DNA of 62,656 bases, filler included, from Basidioascus undulatus (GCA_000826855.1; 19 parts of 19 records of this genome joined end to end with filler, not necessarily neighbours in it); one strand, 5' to 3'; shown: positions 47,245 through 60,443, counted from the whole stretch's first letter. Program-made: numbers and translations. Notes: generated by a model not told the origin, from the letters alone.

Positions 47245-48617
47245 TGGGGAGGTGGCTGGGACATGGTGGGTGTTAATGGCTGGTAGTGGAAGAGGGAGAG
47301 GTAGACGGCAAGCACGGTGCCGGCGCGACCTGTAAAATTCGAATGAGGAGCCGAGTCAGTAAAGTCGGAGGTTCGAGATGCAGCGAAAGACCAACCCTTC
47401 CCGCCGCCGCAGTGCACCAGCGTCACCCCTGGCTCGGACCGTATAAGGTCAAGGATGTCGTCCATCTGCTCGATGCTGGGCGGTTCATAGTTCCGCACGG
47501 GGAAGAAGACGTTCCGGATGCCCTCCACGCCGCTGAACCATCCCTCCGGCAGGGGCGTCTCCTCCGTGAGCGTAACGACGAGCGAGACGCCGAGCTGCGC
47601 GAGGCGCCGCACGTCCTCGGCCGATCGGGGCGTGGACGACGCGGCGAGTCGGAAGGGGACAACCCAGCGGAAGAAGCGCGGGAGGACGTAGCCGTCGGGG
47701 AGGAGGAGGCGCTCGCGGGATGGGAGGGCGAGGGAGAAAGACTCACCGGGGGATGAGGAGGCGACGAGCTCGCGGAGGGAGGGCGGCCAGGGAGCAAAGA
47801 TGTGGGAGGAGAGGGTGGAGGACGAGGAAGGGTGCAGCGCCTCGGAGCGCTCGCATAGCGCTGCGACCTGCTCATGCTCGAGCTCGGCGGATAGCGTGCC
47901 CCACTCGGTCTGGCGCGCACAGCGGAGGAGATGTTTGAGCGCGCTCGAGCGGAGCCTCTCGTTCTCCTGCGCCTGTTGTTCGGTGAGGACGAGCACCCTT
48001 GCCCACGATAGCATTGCGGCTTTCGGCTGGCCAGCCGCGAGCGACCAAGCGGCGAGTCTTGCCCAAGCACGTGCCGAGTCCGGGTGATGATGGACGAGGG
48101 CGAGGGCCGCGTCGCGCGCGCCAGGCGCAGCATGATCCGAGGAAGACAGCGAAACGAAGAGCGATTCGAGCGCGAGCTCTTCCGACGTGGAGGAGAGCGG
48201 GTCGGCGAGGCGCGCGGTTACGGCGCGTATGGACTTGTCGAGCGAATGGTCGTTCGCGAGCGTGAGAGTGATGTGGAACTCCTTGGGCGGGATACCGAGC
48301 AAGCGTCGCATCCGGGCGCCGTCTGCCCACGCTATGACAACGAAAAAGACGTGCGTGTTCCCGCCGACTCCCAGCGGGACGATGCCGCGCGCGTCGCTGT
48401 TGAAGGCGGACAGGCTCGATTGAACGTCGCGATGCAGCTTGCCTGAGCGGACGGAGAAGCTTCTAAGCTCTGCCTTGGTGAGGAGCGTGATGTGAAATTC
48501 GGATTGGAGGGGGACGTTGGGCGGGAGGAGAGCGAGGTGCGAGCGAGCGAGAGCGTCGACGGAAGGGCCCATCAGCGCCAGCGCGCCGTGGTACTTTGTG
48601 AACTTTGCATGAGACAT
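47245..48617 (-). CDS. 2H phosphoesterase + helical repeat + PTP/dual-specificity phosphatase protein ('Swiss Army Knife' RNA-repair-like), 3'-truncated
   Basis: Two HxT motifs (EFHITL twice), a TPR-like helical segment, LPRFFRWVVPFRLAASSTPR, LTEETPLP, and a CX5R loop HCGGGKG/RAGT split by an intron. Confidence 0.8.
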
Positions 48618-49462
48618 CGGAAGTGGTTGGGATCAGTTGTGTGAGTGCTGCAGGATATGCTGTTCGACGGGAAAGAGACGCATGAACAACAGGAGGGACA
48701 TCTGAGCACGGCCCCGGTGACACGATCGACGCCCCGCCGGCGGTGAGTCTTCGGCTTCGAAGGACGGTCGCTAGCTGCATTGCGGTGCAGGCATGGACAG
48801 CTTCGAAAATATGTGTGGACATGTCGAAAAGATTTCAAAGGATGTCAAGCCCGAATTGGGACACAGCCAGTTGTGGAAAGCCCGTGGCGAGAAGATCGAT
48901 GGAAGAGGACAAGAGGTGCAGGCGCCGACCGACGACGGTGTCAGCGGCGAACTTCGACAGTAGTAGAAGTTCCGGAAGGCTGTCCTCGATAATAATCCTG
49001 ATCGACGACCACAAGACGGCCACTTCGGCTTGCCATCCAGTTGCCCGACCGGCGACTTGACCAGTTTGATTCCTTCGCAGCAAACCTGCTCACCTTCACC
49101 ATCGGCCCTCTCACAATGCTGTCACCGCGGACAGTCTTCCCCAATCAGTCCCTTATGACGAGATCCCCCTGGGCTCCAGCCAGAAAGCGCAATCTGTAGT
49201 GTGAACAAAGAACAAGAAACGCAGCAGCGAAATGCGACGAGCGGAACAGAACAAAAGGAAGAGAAGGAAAGGAAAGACACGGGAAGGAATTAAGAGAACT
49301 GGAGAGAGACGCATGTAGGTAGGTGATCGCCATGCGGGGGGGATGCCGGGGGGGGGGGCTTTNNNNNNNNNNNNNNNNNNNNNNNNNNNNNNNNNNNNNN
49401 NNNNNNTTAATTAATTAANNNNNNNNNNNNNNNNNNNNNNNNNNNNNNNNNNNNNNNNNNNN

Positions 49463-51580
49463 GGAGAAGGAGGAGGGGGAGTCTAGTCCGCTAGGGGGAG
49501 CTCGGAGAGCGCTGCGCGTCGCGAGCGGGGGAGGGGGGTGTGGCGGGGAGGGGAAGGAGGGATTCGCGCACCTCGATCAACCGCGCTTGCGTAAGCATGC
49601 ACTCCTTCAAGCACGTATCCAAAAAGTCCACATGGTCCTTAAGCATCCCATCGACCGTCCCGACCTTGCCCAAGCGCTCCTCCAGCTCGGCCCACCGGAC
49701 CTCTAGCACCTCCACCATCGCGTACCCCAATACCTGTCGCACGAAGTCGAGCATCCGCGCGCGGAGTGCAAACACGCGCGTGCGCCACTGGTCGAATGGC
49801 GGCCACCTTGCGCGTGCGCGCCAGACGGGGCGCGTGTGCTCCGTCCACATCGCGCAGAGCGCGGATTCGGTGTGCTTCAGGTGAAAGAGGAACCGGAAGA
49901 GCAGCTGGTACCGCAGGATTGTCTTGCGGGAGATGACAAGCGAGAGCGGGAAGGTGACGATGTAGTCGAAGGAGAAGGCTTCGTTGGCTGCTCGTCCGTC
50001 CACCCCACCATCAGTACCCAACCTTCCTACCCTTCCGCCTCCCCACTTCCACCCACGCACCTCGCAAAGGCTTCTCCTCCTTCTCCCTCTCCCTGCTCTT
50101 CCGCCCCTCGCTCTCCGCGCCCGTGCCCTGCAGCGGCATCCCCGCCCCCGGCGCGTCGAGCGCGCCGCTGACGTTGACGACGTTGAGGAGCCAGCGGTAG
50201 AGCGTCGCGCTCTCGAGCGTCACGCGCACGTCCTCCTTGTATGGGTCGGCGTAGCTCGGGCTCGCCGGGTTCCGGAGCGCGAGGTCGAGCAGCGACTGCA
50301 GCTTGACGAGGTTCGCCGAGCGCGCGGGTTTGCGCAGCTCGGGCGTCGCTTGGTCGAGGAAGTGCACGAAAAAGTCGGATTGAGAGAGGAAGAAGTAGTG
50401 CTTCAGGGATCTGCGGGTCCCCATCGAGCTCGTTGCGTCAATCTCCTGCGAATCTCTTCCCCGGACATTCAGAACGCACCGAAGACGAGGAATCAGGTGC
50501 TGGTCGTCCACCAGCAACTTGAGCAGCGTCCGATTCGCATGCGTATAAGCGTCCTCAATCTGCTTATAAAACCTGTCCATCATCCACCACCCGTATCAGC
50601 TTTCATCCTCCATCTACCACCATCCGCTCCGCTCCTCCTTTCCCTCTTCCCAGCTCCTTCCCCACCCTCCTTCCCTCCCCCTCTCCACTCCCACACCAAA
50701 AACTCACCGTTCATCATCCAGCGCCCTCAACCCTCTCCCCTGCCCTCGCGCGTTCACTCTCCGCCCCCTCTCGTCATTCGCGTGCCCAGGCTCAGGCTGG
50801 CGGACCTCGATCCCACACTCGCGGATGACGTTGAGGTACTTCCCCGCCAGGAGGATCTTGTGCTTCCATGGCTGGAGGAAGGGCGGGACGCACGCCCCGC
50901 CGGCGAGGCGCGTGCCGGGCGGGGTCGTCTTCTGCGAGGGGGCGGTGAGGGAGGAGCCGTCCCGGAGCTGCGGGGGCAGGAGAAGGGGAATGCTGAGTTC
51001 GATGATCGGGATGGGGTAGGAAGGGGGAAAGGGACGAGAAGAGTGAGGGCAAGGAAGCAAAGGAGGGAAGGAGGGAAAGGAAGCAGAGCACAACACGAGG
51101 CGAAGAGGGAAGAAGGAAGACGGAAAAGGGAAGGAGACAAGGAGGGAACGGAACAGAGAGAAGAGGGAACGGAAAAGAAGAGACACACCGTATACCGCCT
51201 CTCCCAATAATCGTCCGTATAATCCACATCAAGCACGCCGCGCGTGATGCTCCGTGCCTCGCGGACGAGCAGCTCGTCGTACGGGTCTGCAAGCGCGCCC
51301 GTCGTCGTCCACCGTTCGAGCATGTCCGCATACGGCTGGGAGGCGTGCAGGAGGAGGGAAGCGTAGAGGCGGTGGGCGGTCGGGTCGCTGGACGCCCGCG
51401 CGAGGGGGAGTTGTCAGTTCGGACGCAGTTCGAAATTGAAGGAAGAGGGAAGGGAGAAGAGGGGAGAAGACACACCCAGACATCCTCGTCATCCTCTCCC
51501 AAATCACCTTCACAACCTCCCCGCCCTTAACCATCCCCCCTCCTCCTCCCCTCCCCCCACCCGGGCCCGCCCCCATCCCC
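49463..51580 (-). CDS. SPC97: Gamma-tubulin complex component 2 (Spc97/Alp4/GCP2), internal fragment
   Basis: DYTDDYWERRYT, VPPFLQPWKHKILLAGKYLNVIRECG, SLKHYFFLSQSDF, FPLSLVISRKTILRYQLLFRFL and HVDFLDTCLKECMLT. Confidence 0.92.
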
Positions 51581-51680
51581 NNNNNNNNNNNNNNNNNNNN
51601 NNNNNNNNNNNNNNNNNNNNNNNNTTAATTAATTAANNNNNNNNNNNNNNNNNNNNNNNNNNNNNNNNNNNNNNNNNNNN

Positions 51681-52770
51681 GAGGCGGGCGTACCAGACAT
51701 CACGAGTGTTTGGAGGTAGGAGGCGAGGAGGTCCGTCTGCTCCATGCGAGGGGTCAGCCGGCTCACAGTAGGGAGAGAAGGGGGCTACGCACCTGCCCCG
51801 TCAGCAGCCCATGGTCGATAGCGATCTTGAGGTTCACTCTCAAGCTCTGCGTCGTCCCCAGCTTCAGCTTGAGCGCCTTGGACTCAGATCGTAGAGAAAA
51901 GCACGCACCTTCAGGATCTCCTTCGTCCCCCGCTCTTTGAGCTTCTCTTCGTCCAGGTGGTTCACCCATCTGCGCTCCCCTCAGCCCGATCAGCCAAGGG
52001 ACGGGGAGGAGGTAGGGAAGAGGGGAGTGAGGAAAGACAGACGGACCGCGACATTGCCCCGACGAGAAGGATCGTGATGTCCTCGTAGCGCGGGCCGAGC
52101 TTCATAGCGTGTACGAGGGGCGTGCTGTCTCCCACTTTGCGGAGGAGGAGCTGTGCTCCGCATGTGGGTGAGGCCGAGCGAGGAAGGGAGGGGACAGGGA
52201 AGGGGATAGGACCGACTTCGAATTGGTGATCTCGGCAGGTCATGATCATCATGAGGTCCTTCTTCTCAATCGCCTATCCTCCCTCTCATTTTAACATAAT
52301 GGCCGGGAGATAAGGAATATCCAGGCACGCACCTTGAAAAGCTCCCAAGGCTGAATCGGCCGTTTGGGCCTACTCGTCTCCGTCTTCTTACCCCGATCTA
52401 GCACTCTCCCCACAACCCGTCCAACCTCGCCCCCGCCCACCTCCCTCACCCTCCCCTCCCTGACATTCGCCCCCTCCTCCGCTCTCCGCTCACGCTCCAT
52501 CACTTCCCTCAGCGCCTCCGCGATGCGCCCTTCCCGCGCGCGCTGCTCCGCCATCGCCCGCGCCTCGCGCGCGATGGATGAGAGCGGGGGGAGCGAGGCG
52601 GGGAGGGTGAGCTGCTTGGGCCCGTGCGGTGCGCGGGGGGCGGAGTGCGGCCACGGGTGTATAGAGGGGAGGGGGGCGGTGGGGTCGATGAGAAGCTCGG
52701 AGGAGTCGGGCGAGAGGAGCGCGAGGAGGTGCGCGTGGTTTAGGCGCAGGGAGGGGGTGGGTGACGGCAT
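51681..52770 (-). CDS. Conserved-looking hypothetical protein, 5' part
   Basis: Spliced frame: QPWELFKAIEKKDLMMIMTCRDHQFELLLRKVGDSTPLVHAM..LLVGAMSRWVNHL..LRVNLKIAIDHGL. Function unknown. Confidence 0.6.
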
Positions 52771-53389
52771 GCGCGGGGCGGCGAGGAAGGAAGATGGAGG
52801 AGGGGAAAGATGGGTTGGAGATGGAAGGTAGGAAGGCAAGAGGCAGCCGGAGGCTGAGTCTGCGCAAGGCGCGAGGCGGACGCGAGTGATTTCTGTGCTC
52901 GCGTGGCTGTGACGATGCCGATGCCGTTCAAGCGTTGACTTCCACGTCTCCTTTGCTCGAGATTTAGCTGAAGTATTTCCTTAGAATAGATATTTGAAAT
53001 GCACTTGAGATCAGTTCAGTAGACAGAAGAGTCATGTACTTCGCGTCTTCTGCGAAGCACAGATGATCGTCACTCTCGACGGCAGCAGCCAACTTGGGAG
53101 TGCAGACTGGTGGAATTGTTTATCTGACATTTGGCTGGCCCTTTGCCATATGAAAACTACTGCAAAATGCACTGTAAACGCCATCCATCAGCCGTTGCGA
53201 ACACCTCGCGCTCGGGCCGCCTTACGCGTCCGGCGACCGCGACGACCGAGGACCCTGTATCGCGCCGCGTCCCCCTGTCCCAGCCACCCTCATCACGTCT
53301 TCCTCCTCATCCTCCATCCTCGCTTCCTGCATTTCATCTCTGTCCTTCCCTCTCTTACCTCGCTTCAGTTAGGTGGTCAAGACACCGGG

Positions 53390-53797
53390 ATGCCCCCCCG
53401 CCCATCGCGGTCCAACACAGGCGCGTCTTTCCGCCCGCCCAGCCCCGCCCTCAGCAATGCGACGACGAGCGCGAGCAGGTTGGACTTTGGCGATCCCCCT
53501 AGGTGCGCTTTCGCTCCCAACTCATATCCTAGAGAGCCTGCGTCTTATCTGAGGGGCACTGGCGGTGTAAAGGGTGGTAATCACCCGGGTGAGCCTGCCT
53601 TCTTTCCGGCAGCAGGAACACAGTCGCTGATGAACGCTGTCTGCGCAGGCCGACCTCCGCTCGTCCCTAGCAGCGTACGAGACGCTCATGGCAGCGTCAA
53701 AGGTCTATCGCCAGACGCTCTTTTCCCTCTCGTGCGTCCCTCTCCCTTTCCCTTCCCCTCACCCCCCCTTCCTGCTTCCTACCCCCTCCTTTCCTGT
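53390..53797 (+). CDS. Possible 5' end of an unidentified gene, divergent from the previous one
   Basis: ATG after a pyrimidine-rich leader, MPPRPSRSNTGASFRPPSP, and GTGCGC/GTGCGT donors. Confidence 0.4.
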
Positions 53798-54256
53798 NNN
53801 NNNNNNNNNNNNNNNNNNNNNNNNNNNNNNNNNNNNNNNNNTTAATTAATTAANNNNNNNNNNNNNNNNNNNNNNNNNNNNNNNNNNNNNNNNNNNNAAA
53901 TACATCAATATGATAACTGCCATATTGAAGCCTTTAACCCGTGATCACGGCAAACGAAGGCCTGGTCGGCCATCTCAGAGACAACGAAGCGAAGCGCGAA
54001 TTACTCGGTAGATAACGAGCTAACTGCCGACGCGGGGTTGTTACGTACAGCGGCCTCTATCGCCTTGAGCACTCGATAGAAACCCAAACCATCCAGAAAG
54101 AGGGCATGCTTAGGACGCAGGCAGAACATGGCAGAACCATTGAGGCCGCGAGTTTCCGGTGCTGTTCTGCTCCTGCAGACCGCATAATTGGACTGCATCT
54201 CTCGATCCCGAACAGAGGCAGTGCAGAAGATAGTCTGATAAACCGCGGGGCCATAG

Positions 54257-55830
54257 GTGGTCACGCTCATCAGCGGCATCACGCAAACCAAGGCTGCATG
54301 GGACAAGATCCTCAAGCACTACGAGCCAAAGACCGTCATACCAAGGTCCGCCTCATCCACCGCCTCATCAACCTCTGACTTGAGGAGGGCAAATCGATGG
54401 AGGAGCATCTCCGGGAGTTCCGCGATATACATCCTCGGCCTCTCCACCGTTGTCTCCATCTCCCTAAGGACATCCTCTCATCCATCCTCCCTGCGCAACT
54501 CCCTGAATCGTACGGCCCGCTCGTCACCGCTGTCGAGTCGCAAGGCAACAAGGACCTCGAGCTCGACATGACCATGTCCCTTGTCCGCCAGGAGGGCGAC
54601 CGCTGCAGGGACTTTGCCGCTGCCAACCTCGCCAAGAAGAAGGAGACTCCGCGCGGGCAGCCGCCGAGCCTGTGCCGCTTCTGCAACGGTCCGCACTGGA
54701 CAACAAGTGTTCAAACCGCGCCAAGGGCAAGAGGAGGTCGGTCAACCTTGCATCCATGCCATTCACTCCTCCTCCTGCCCCGTCACCCGCTCTGTCTCTG
54801 GCCACCACGTCAACCGCTCGCGCAGATCTCTCCTCTCCCAGCACTGGCCGAGATCGACCCAACTGACTAGGGCGTCTCCTGGGTCGCGGCCACGCAGACT
54901 GTATCCCGCAGCAGCGGTTGGTTCATCGACTCCGATGCCTCGCACATGATGACCGGCGACCGCTTGTTCTTTGCCACGTTCCAGCCGATCCAGCCCGAGG
55001 CGATCTTGCTCGCCGGCAAGGGACAGAAGGTCTTCGCCACCGGGATTGGGAACGTCATCATCCCTGTCGTTGCCGAGAAAAGCCGCACGCGCACCATACT
55101 CCTCCCGCAACGTCCTCTACGGCTCAATAACACAACTTCGTTTGTCGATCGGGGATTAAACGGGCGCTGGACTTTCTCAAGAACCGTAGAGTTGCGCCGG
55201 CCGCTGCAGCGGTTTGCAGCGGTGCCTCGTGGTCATCCCCCAACGGTGCTATCTCTTTGATCGAGCCCCTTGGCCCTCCACATGCCCAAGGACTTTGGGG
55301 CCAGAGCGGAGAGGCCAGAGAAACGACATGTGCTCCCATCCTTTCTCATGCGTGCAACAGAGTCGACAACGCTGCGTAGTGTCCCTGCATGTTTGAGTCA
55401 CTCCATGCAAAGTCCGCAAGGTCAAGCTATTCATTCAAGCCAGAGAAGATGGTGATCATGCATCAATCATCAATGACACACAGACAGAGCGGTCTACACC
55501 CTCAAGGCATCGCAAGAAGACATGAGAAGTTAATATAAAGAAATGTATGACAGGATAATGTCCGGGGGAACGGAGAGAGGGAAGTGGGGAACGTGATGGT
55601 TGCGAGAGCGGAGGATGTGAAGGGCATGGAATTAGAAGTAAAGTCCGGCAGTTGCTGCGAGTAGGGAAGAATGTAACGTGACGAGCAGCGCGCATTCAAA
55701 CCGAAGCAAGGGCGGCAAAGTCGGTGGGACGGCTCACACTCCCCTAATAAAAGCGTCACTTAGATCCTCTACTTAGTCTCCACCAAATCCACCACATCTT
55801 CCGCCGCGTCCTCAACGAACGCGATTCCCC
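54257..55830 (+). mobile_element. Degenerate Ty1/Copia gag-pol
   Basis: Gag (TKAAWDKILKHYE, SMEEHLREF, LPESYGPLVTAVES), a Zn knuckle (CRFCNGPHW..C) and a protease (WFIDSDASHMMTGD..GIGNV), followed by eroded integrase-like sequence. Frameshifts and stops throughout. Confidence 0.85.
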
Positions 55831-56114
55831 CGGCGCGGAGACGTGCCTCAGCGACGTCGCGTCATTCGATACCCTCAATCTTCGGGTCCAGGATGCGGAC
55901 TTCACCCGGGACCTGCAGTCCGTCCTCCGCGCCCTGCGCGGCGTCATCCCTGCGCGCGAGCGTGCCGGTGCCGGTGCCGGTCCCAGCCTCTGCGTCGACT
56001 TCTTCCACTTGACGNNNNNNNNNNNNNNNNNNNNNNNNNNNNNNNNNNNNNNNNNNNNTTAATTAATTAANNNNNNNNNNNNNNNNNNNNNNNNNNNNNN
56101 NNNNNNNNNNNNNN

Positions 56115-58230
56115 TCAGAATTCACCAAAGCCATGCCGTCTACGCTCCTCTCACTTCCGCCAGAGCTCCTCAAGCTTGTCCGCGATGCCTTGGACACACT
56201 CCGGACAGCGATGCGCTTTTTCCCGCACCTGCCGCCAGCTTCGCGCTATCTGCGACGAGGAGTTTCTGGCCATGTACCTTAACCGGCGCGGCTACGGTGC
56301 GCCCCTCATGCTCGGAGACGGGATCGACGGCTTCAGCGGCGCTAGTGGCAGCGCTTTGTTGTTCTCGCTGTACCAGCGGAGCTTGTGGAGTATGCGAGAC
56401 GTCCAACGGTAAGTTGATTGAAATTTTATCAAGTTTGTGTGGAACTAAGAGCTGGTCCAGTTTTTGGCATCCAGTACGGGGATGAAGTGCCTCCCCTGGT
56501 CCCTGCTGCTACCGTTGCGGAGAAGCTCGACCTGATGCTTCATGCGGTCCTGAAGCACATTGCTGTCGAGAGGCCCAAGAAGCATCAAACGCCAGCCACG
56601 GTTCACGTATTGGTTCCTTTCGATGCTCGATGTTTTCGTGTTCGTATTTTGGTCAATATCGCGTTGGGGCCTGCAATTCCTTCGCCTTGTGCGGGTATAC
56701 GTTCGCGAACACGGCACGCTGGCGGTGATAGGCAAGGCACCTACCTAAGGGAGATGGAAAACGAAATGGCAATGCGGCATGGCCCAGACATGCGTGAAAG
56801 CGGCGATGAAATATTTATGAACGAGACGCAGTTCCGGCGTAGATTCACCATTCCACCTGGCCCAGCCTGATCCTCCAGCGCCCGCTCCAAACAACCAGTG
56901 CTCAGGCATGGCGGCAAGCGGGCGGTTCTCGCCCTCGACGAACGCGTCCCACTTAAGAATACTCTGCAGCTGCAGCCAGCACGGCCCACAAAGGGAGGTC
57001 GTCAGCGACAGCTGCGTGTCAACGACGAGCAGAGCACGAGTAACGACGGCTCAATATTCAGCTTTCATTCTGAGCAGTTCGAGATCGCGCTGCTCATAGA
57101 GGGTGCGCTCAGGGTCGAGATTGGAGGCCAGAAGGACTGCATTGACCTGAGTGCAGATGTCGGTCGCACACCTTTCAATCATTGCGGAGATATGGAGGAC
57201 GAGCGCCCACCGTCAAGTTGTGGGCGGCCTCGTCAATGATGCTGAGCACCTTCGCGACACGCCTCCAATCGCAATAGAGGGTTGGGGCCGTAAGCCCGTC
57301 AACTTCCTTCCCGACGGCCTTCGTGTCCCCCCGAGGCAAATTGTGCGTGAGTCCTACCGGGGACGTTAACGGGTGGGGTGAGAGTGCGCTCGACACGTGG
57401 TGTGTTGCGCGTGGTGTGTTGCCGCTCGAGGAAGAGCTGGTAGGGGTGCTTCTGGAAGAGGACATGGTGAACGGAAGTTCAGGTAGCGAATTGCAGGTTA
57501 AGGAGTATAAGGAGGAATTGGGAAGGATGAGCGCTGGTGGCCGCGCCAAAAGGGAAAGAACGAGCCATGTCTGCTTCCCGAGACGCGTTCGTCTGAAATG
57601 TTCACCCTGTGTTTCCAAAAGCTCATACTTCTTCACGTCTACGGAATCCTCAGAATGCTTATGAAGAAGTCGAGTTTCAGCCCCGCCGCCCAGTCTGCGA
57701 ACAGGAGACCGTGACGGCGAGTTTACCATGATGGCACGGAACAACCCCGTATCAAAGAAAAATAAAGGGTGAACAGCAACTTATTCTGGTGATTCTGACC
57801 ATTAGGGAGGCCAAATTGAGCCTGAGAAATTTGATAGACCTCGGGTTGGCCAGGCGCAGGCGCAACAGCACTGCACCTGAAAATTTGCGTTCGCGAAGCC
57901 GTGGCCAGTTGTTTAGGGATAACAGACTGGTAGTTGCCGGTCACTTTCATCTTTAAAAACTCATAGTTTTTTTTTGTAAGATAAGGAGCAAACAAGACTC
58001 ACCGATAAAGGGACGCCGTGTCATCCAGAATGCAGAATGCAGCCGAGTTCACCACCGTCCTTCTTAAACTGGCCACACTCGCGATCGCCTGCTTACCACT
58101 TCTAGCTTACTTCAACTCTATCAATTACCACTCCTAGTATTAAAAATCAGAATTCACCAAAGCCATGCCGTCTACGCTCCTCTCACTTCCGCCAGAGCTC
58201 CTCAAGCTTGTCCGCGATGCCTTGGACACA
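56115..58230 (+). repeat. Self-overlapping contig: an exact 84-bp terminal direct repeat defining a 2032-bp unit
   Basis: 56115-56198 is identical to 58147-58230 (TCAGAATTCACC...TTGGACACA). Confidence 0.95.
56133..57664 (+). pseudogene. Frameshifted F-box-domain gene
   Basis: MPSTLLSLPPELLKLVRDALD joins FSRTCRQLRAICDEEF only if one T is removed from TTTTT (56217-56221). There is a GTAAGT intron at about 56409, and downstream coding-like segments lie in shifting frames. The 3' end is uncertain. Confidence 0.6.
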
Positions 58231-58330
58231 NNNNNNNNNNNNNNNNNNNNNNNNNNNNNNNNNNNNNNNNNNNNTTAATTAATTAANNNNNNNNNNNNNN
58301 NNNNNNNNNNNNNNNNNNNNNNNNNNNNNN

Positions 58331-60443
58331 TTCGTCCGTGCCTCCCGAACCCTTCACGTACCTCCCCCACAAATCTCCTCTGCAGCACGCTCGGCGTCCA
58401 GCTCGCGCAGGCTAAGGCGCAGATCGACTTCTTGAATGGTGCGTCACGCCTGTCTTCCTTCTTTCCCGTTTCCCTCTTCCTTTTTCTCTCTTCTCTTTTC
58501 CCTCTTCTCTGTGTGACCGAGACTGACGATTCGATTTTTTGGGAATGATGCGTGATGCAGAGCGCCACGCGATGCTTATTCAGTCGTCCGAGGCGCAGAA
58601 GCGCGAGGTCGCCGAGGTCGGCAAGGCGAACCAGAAGCTGCAGACGGATCTCGTGCAGCAGAACATCGCCGCGAACCGGGTCGTCGAGGAGGTCATCGAG
58701 CTCAAGGGCGGCGCGGACCGCCTCCGGAACGAGAACGCCAACCTGCGGGCGGAGAAGGAGGTGTGGAAGGTGCGCTCTTGTTCTTCCCCACTTCTGGCAG
58801 TGGGTGGATGAGTGGGTGGCTGAAAAGGGAGAGTGGGGTGGGGACAACAGAGCATCGAGAACCGCCTGCTTGCGGACAACCAGGCGCTCTCCCGCGACCG
58901 GACGCACCTCAACGACCTCATGCGCAACTTGCAGACGATGCAGGCCGACCTGGAGCGCTCGTCGGGCGACGCGAAGCGCCGGCTCGAGGGCCAGGTCGAG
59001 ACGCTCGAGAGCGCCAAGTGCGTCGGTTTTGGCGGCGGAGGGAGGAAGGAGAAACGCTTTTGCTGATGCGCTGCGGGTTGTGTGGGGTGCAGCACCGAGC
59101 TCCGCGAGAAGCTTGCACAGGAGACGGAGCAGAACCGGCAGCTTGCGCTCCGGAAGGAGCTGGAGACGCGCGAGTTCCACCAGCGGATCGAGAAGCTCGT
59201 GCGTCGTTGCATGCTCGCTCTTTTACACTCTTGTGCGTTGGTTGCTTAGTGACGACAACAGACGGCCGACCTCCACGCCGCGCGCGAAGAGCTCGCGGCC
59301 GCCCGGACGGCGCGCGACCACCTCCAGGTGCGCGTGGACGACCTCGCGAAGCAGCTCGCGGCCAAGGAGGAGAAGCTCGCGGTGTACGAGAACCGCGGCG
59401 GCGCGGGCGGCGTGGGTGCCGGCGCGGACACGACGCCGGAGCAGCAGCTGCAGATCGAGATCGCCGACTTGCGGTGAGTTGAGTAGCTTGTTTCTGGCGC
59501 GATTGAGCGAAGGCTGTGGGAGCTGGTGCTGATTGTTGGGTGGGGACGGGAAGGGCTGAGCTGTCGACGGCTAGGACCGAGGCGGAGCAGGCGCAGAAGC
59601 ACGTCGAGACTTTCAAGGCGATCGCTGAGTCCAACGACGAGGCGCTGCGGAAGGCGAACGAGACGTACGACGAGTACAAGACGAGGCAGGAGGCTGTCAT
59701 CTCGCAGCTCGAGGTACCAATTTTTGCGCAACGTCGGTGGATCGTACGTGTAGCTCATGGTTTGATCCTTCAGGCTACCGTGGGCGACCTGCAGCGCCGC
59801 CTCGACGCTGCCTCATCCGAGCTCACGACCGTCAACAACGAGAACTCTGAGCTGCACCGGAAGCTGTCCGAGCAGCGGGCCGAGTTCGAGAAGGACAAGA
59901 AGGTCCTCGAGGATGCGATCGCGGACCTGGGTGCGGTCGAGGAGCGCGCCCACTCGGCACAGGCGTCGATCCGCGACGACCTGCGCCGACAGACGCAGGC
60001 CGCGCTGGAGAACTACGAGAAGTATGAGCGCGAGCTCGTCGCGCACGCGGAGGACGTCAAGGCGCTCGCGGCGCTCAAGGAGCAGATGACGAGTCTCCAG
60101 CGCGAGCTGCGCGAGGCGCGCACCGCCGCGGAGACGACGGAGGCGAACGCGAAGGAGAACGAGAAGAGCTGGGCGGGCCAGAGGGAGGTGCTCGGCAGGG
60201 AGGCGGAGGAGCTGCGCAAGCGGTACGTTCCGTTTGCTGTTTGCGGATGTGAGCTTGTGCGGCAGGGACTGATGAGCCTGGGTGGGGTTGTGGAAAGGTA
60301 CGACGACATCGCCGCGCAGAACGCGGCCCTACACAAGCACCTCGAGAGCGTCAGCGCGCAGGCGACCAAGATCCGGGAGGCCGCTGCTGCGACTGGCGAG
60401 GCGGGCGCGGCCGCTGCGGCCGCCGACTCAGGCGACGATGCGG
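58331..60443 (+). CDS. MLP1: Nuclear-basket coiled-coil protein Mlp1/Nup211/TPR, internal fragment
   Basis: Continuous heptad coiled coil with LRAEKEVWKSIENRL, LNDLMRNLQTM, EKYERELVAHAEDVKAL, SW..QREVL..E and QNAALHKHLE. Confidence 0.85.

Noticed and set aside
49984..51210. 408-aa plus-strand ORF and similar long ORFs (e.g. 31610-32467, 58275-59180)
   Set aside because: These are antisense or off-frame shadows of GC3-rich real genes with low-complexity translations.
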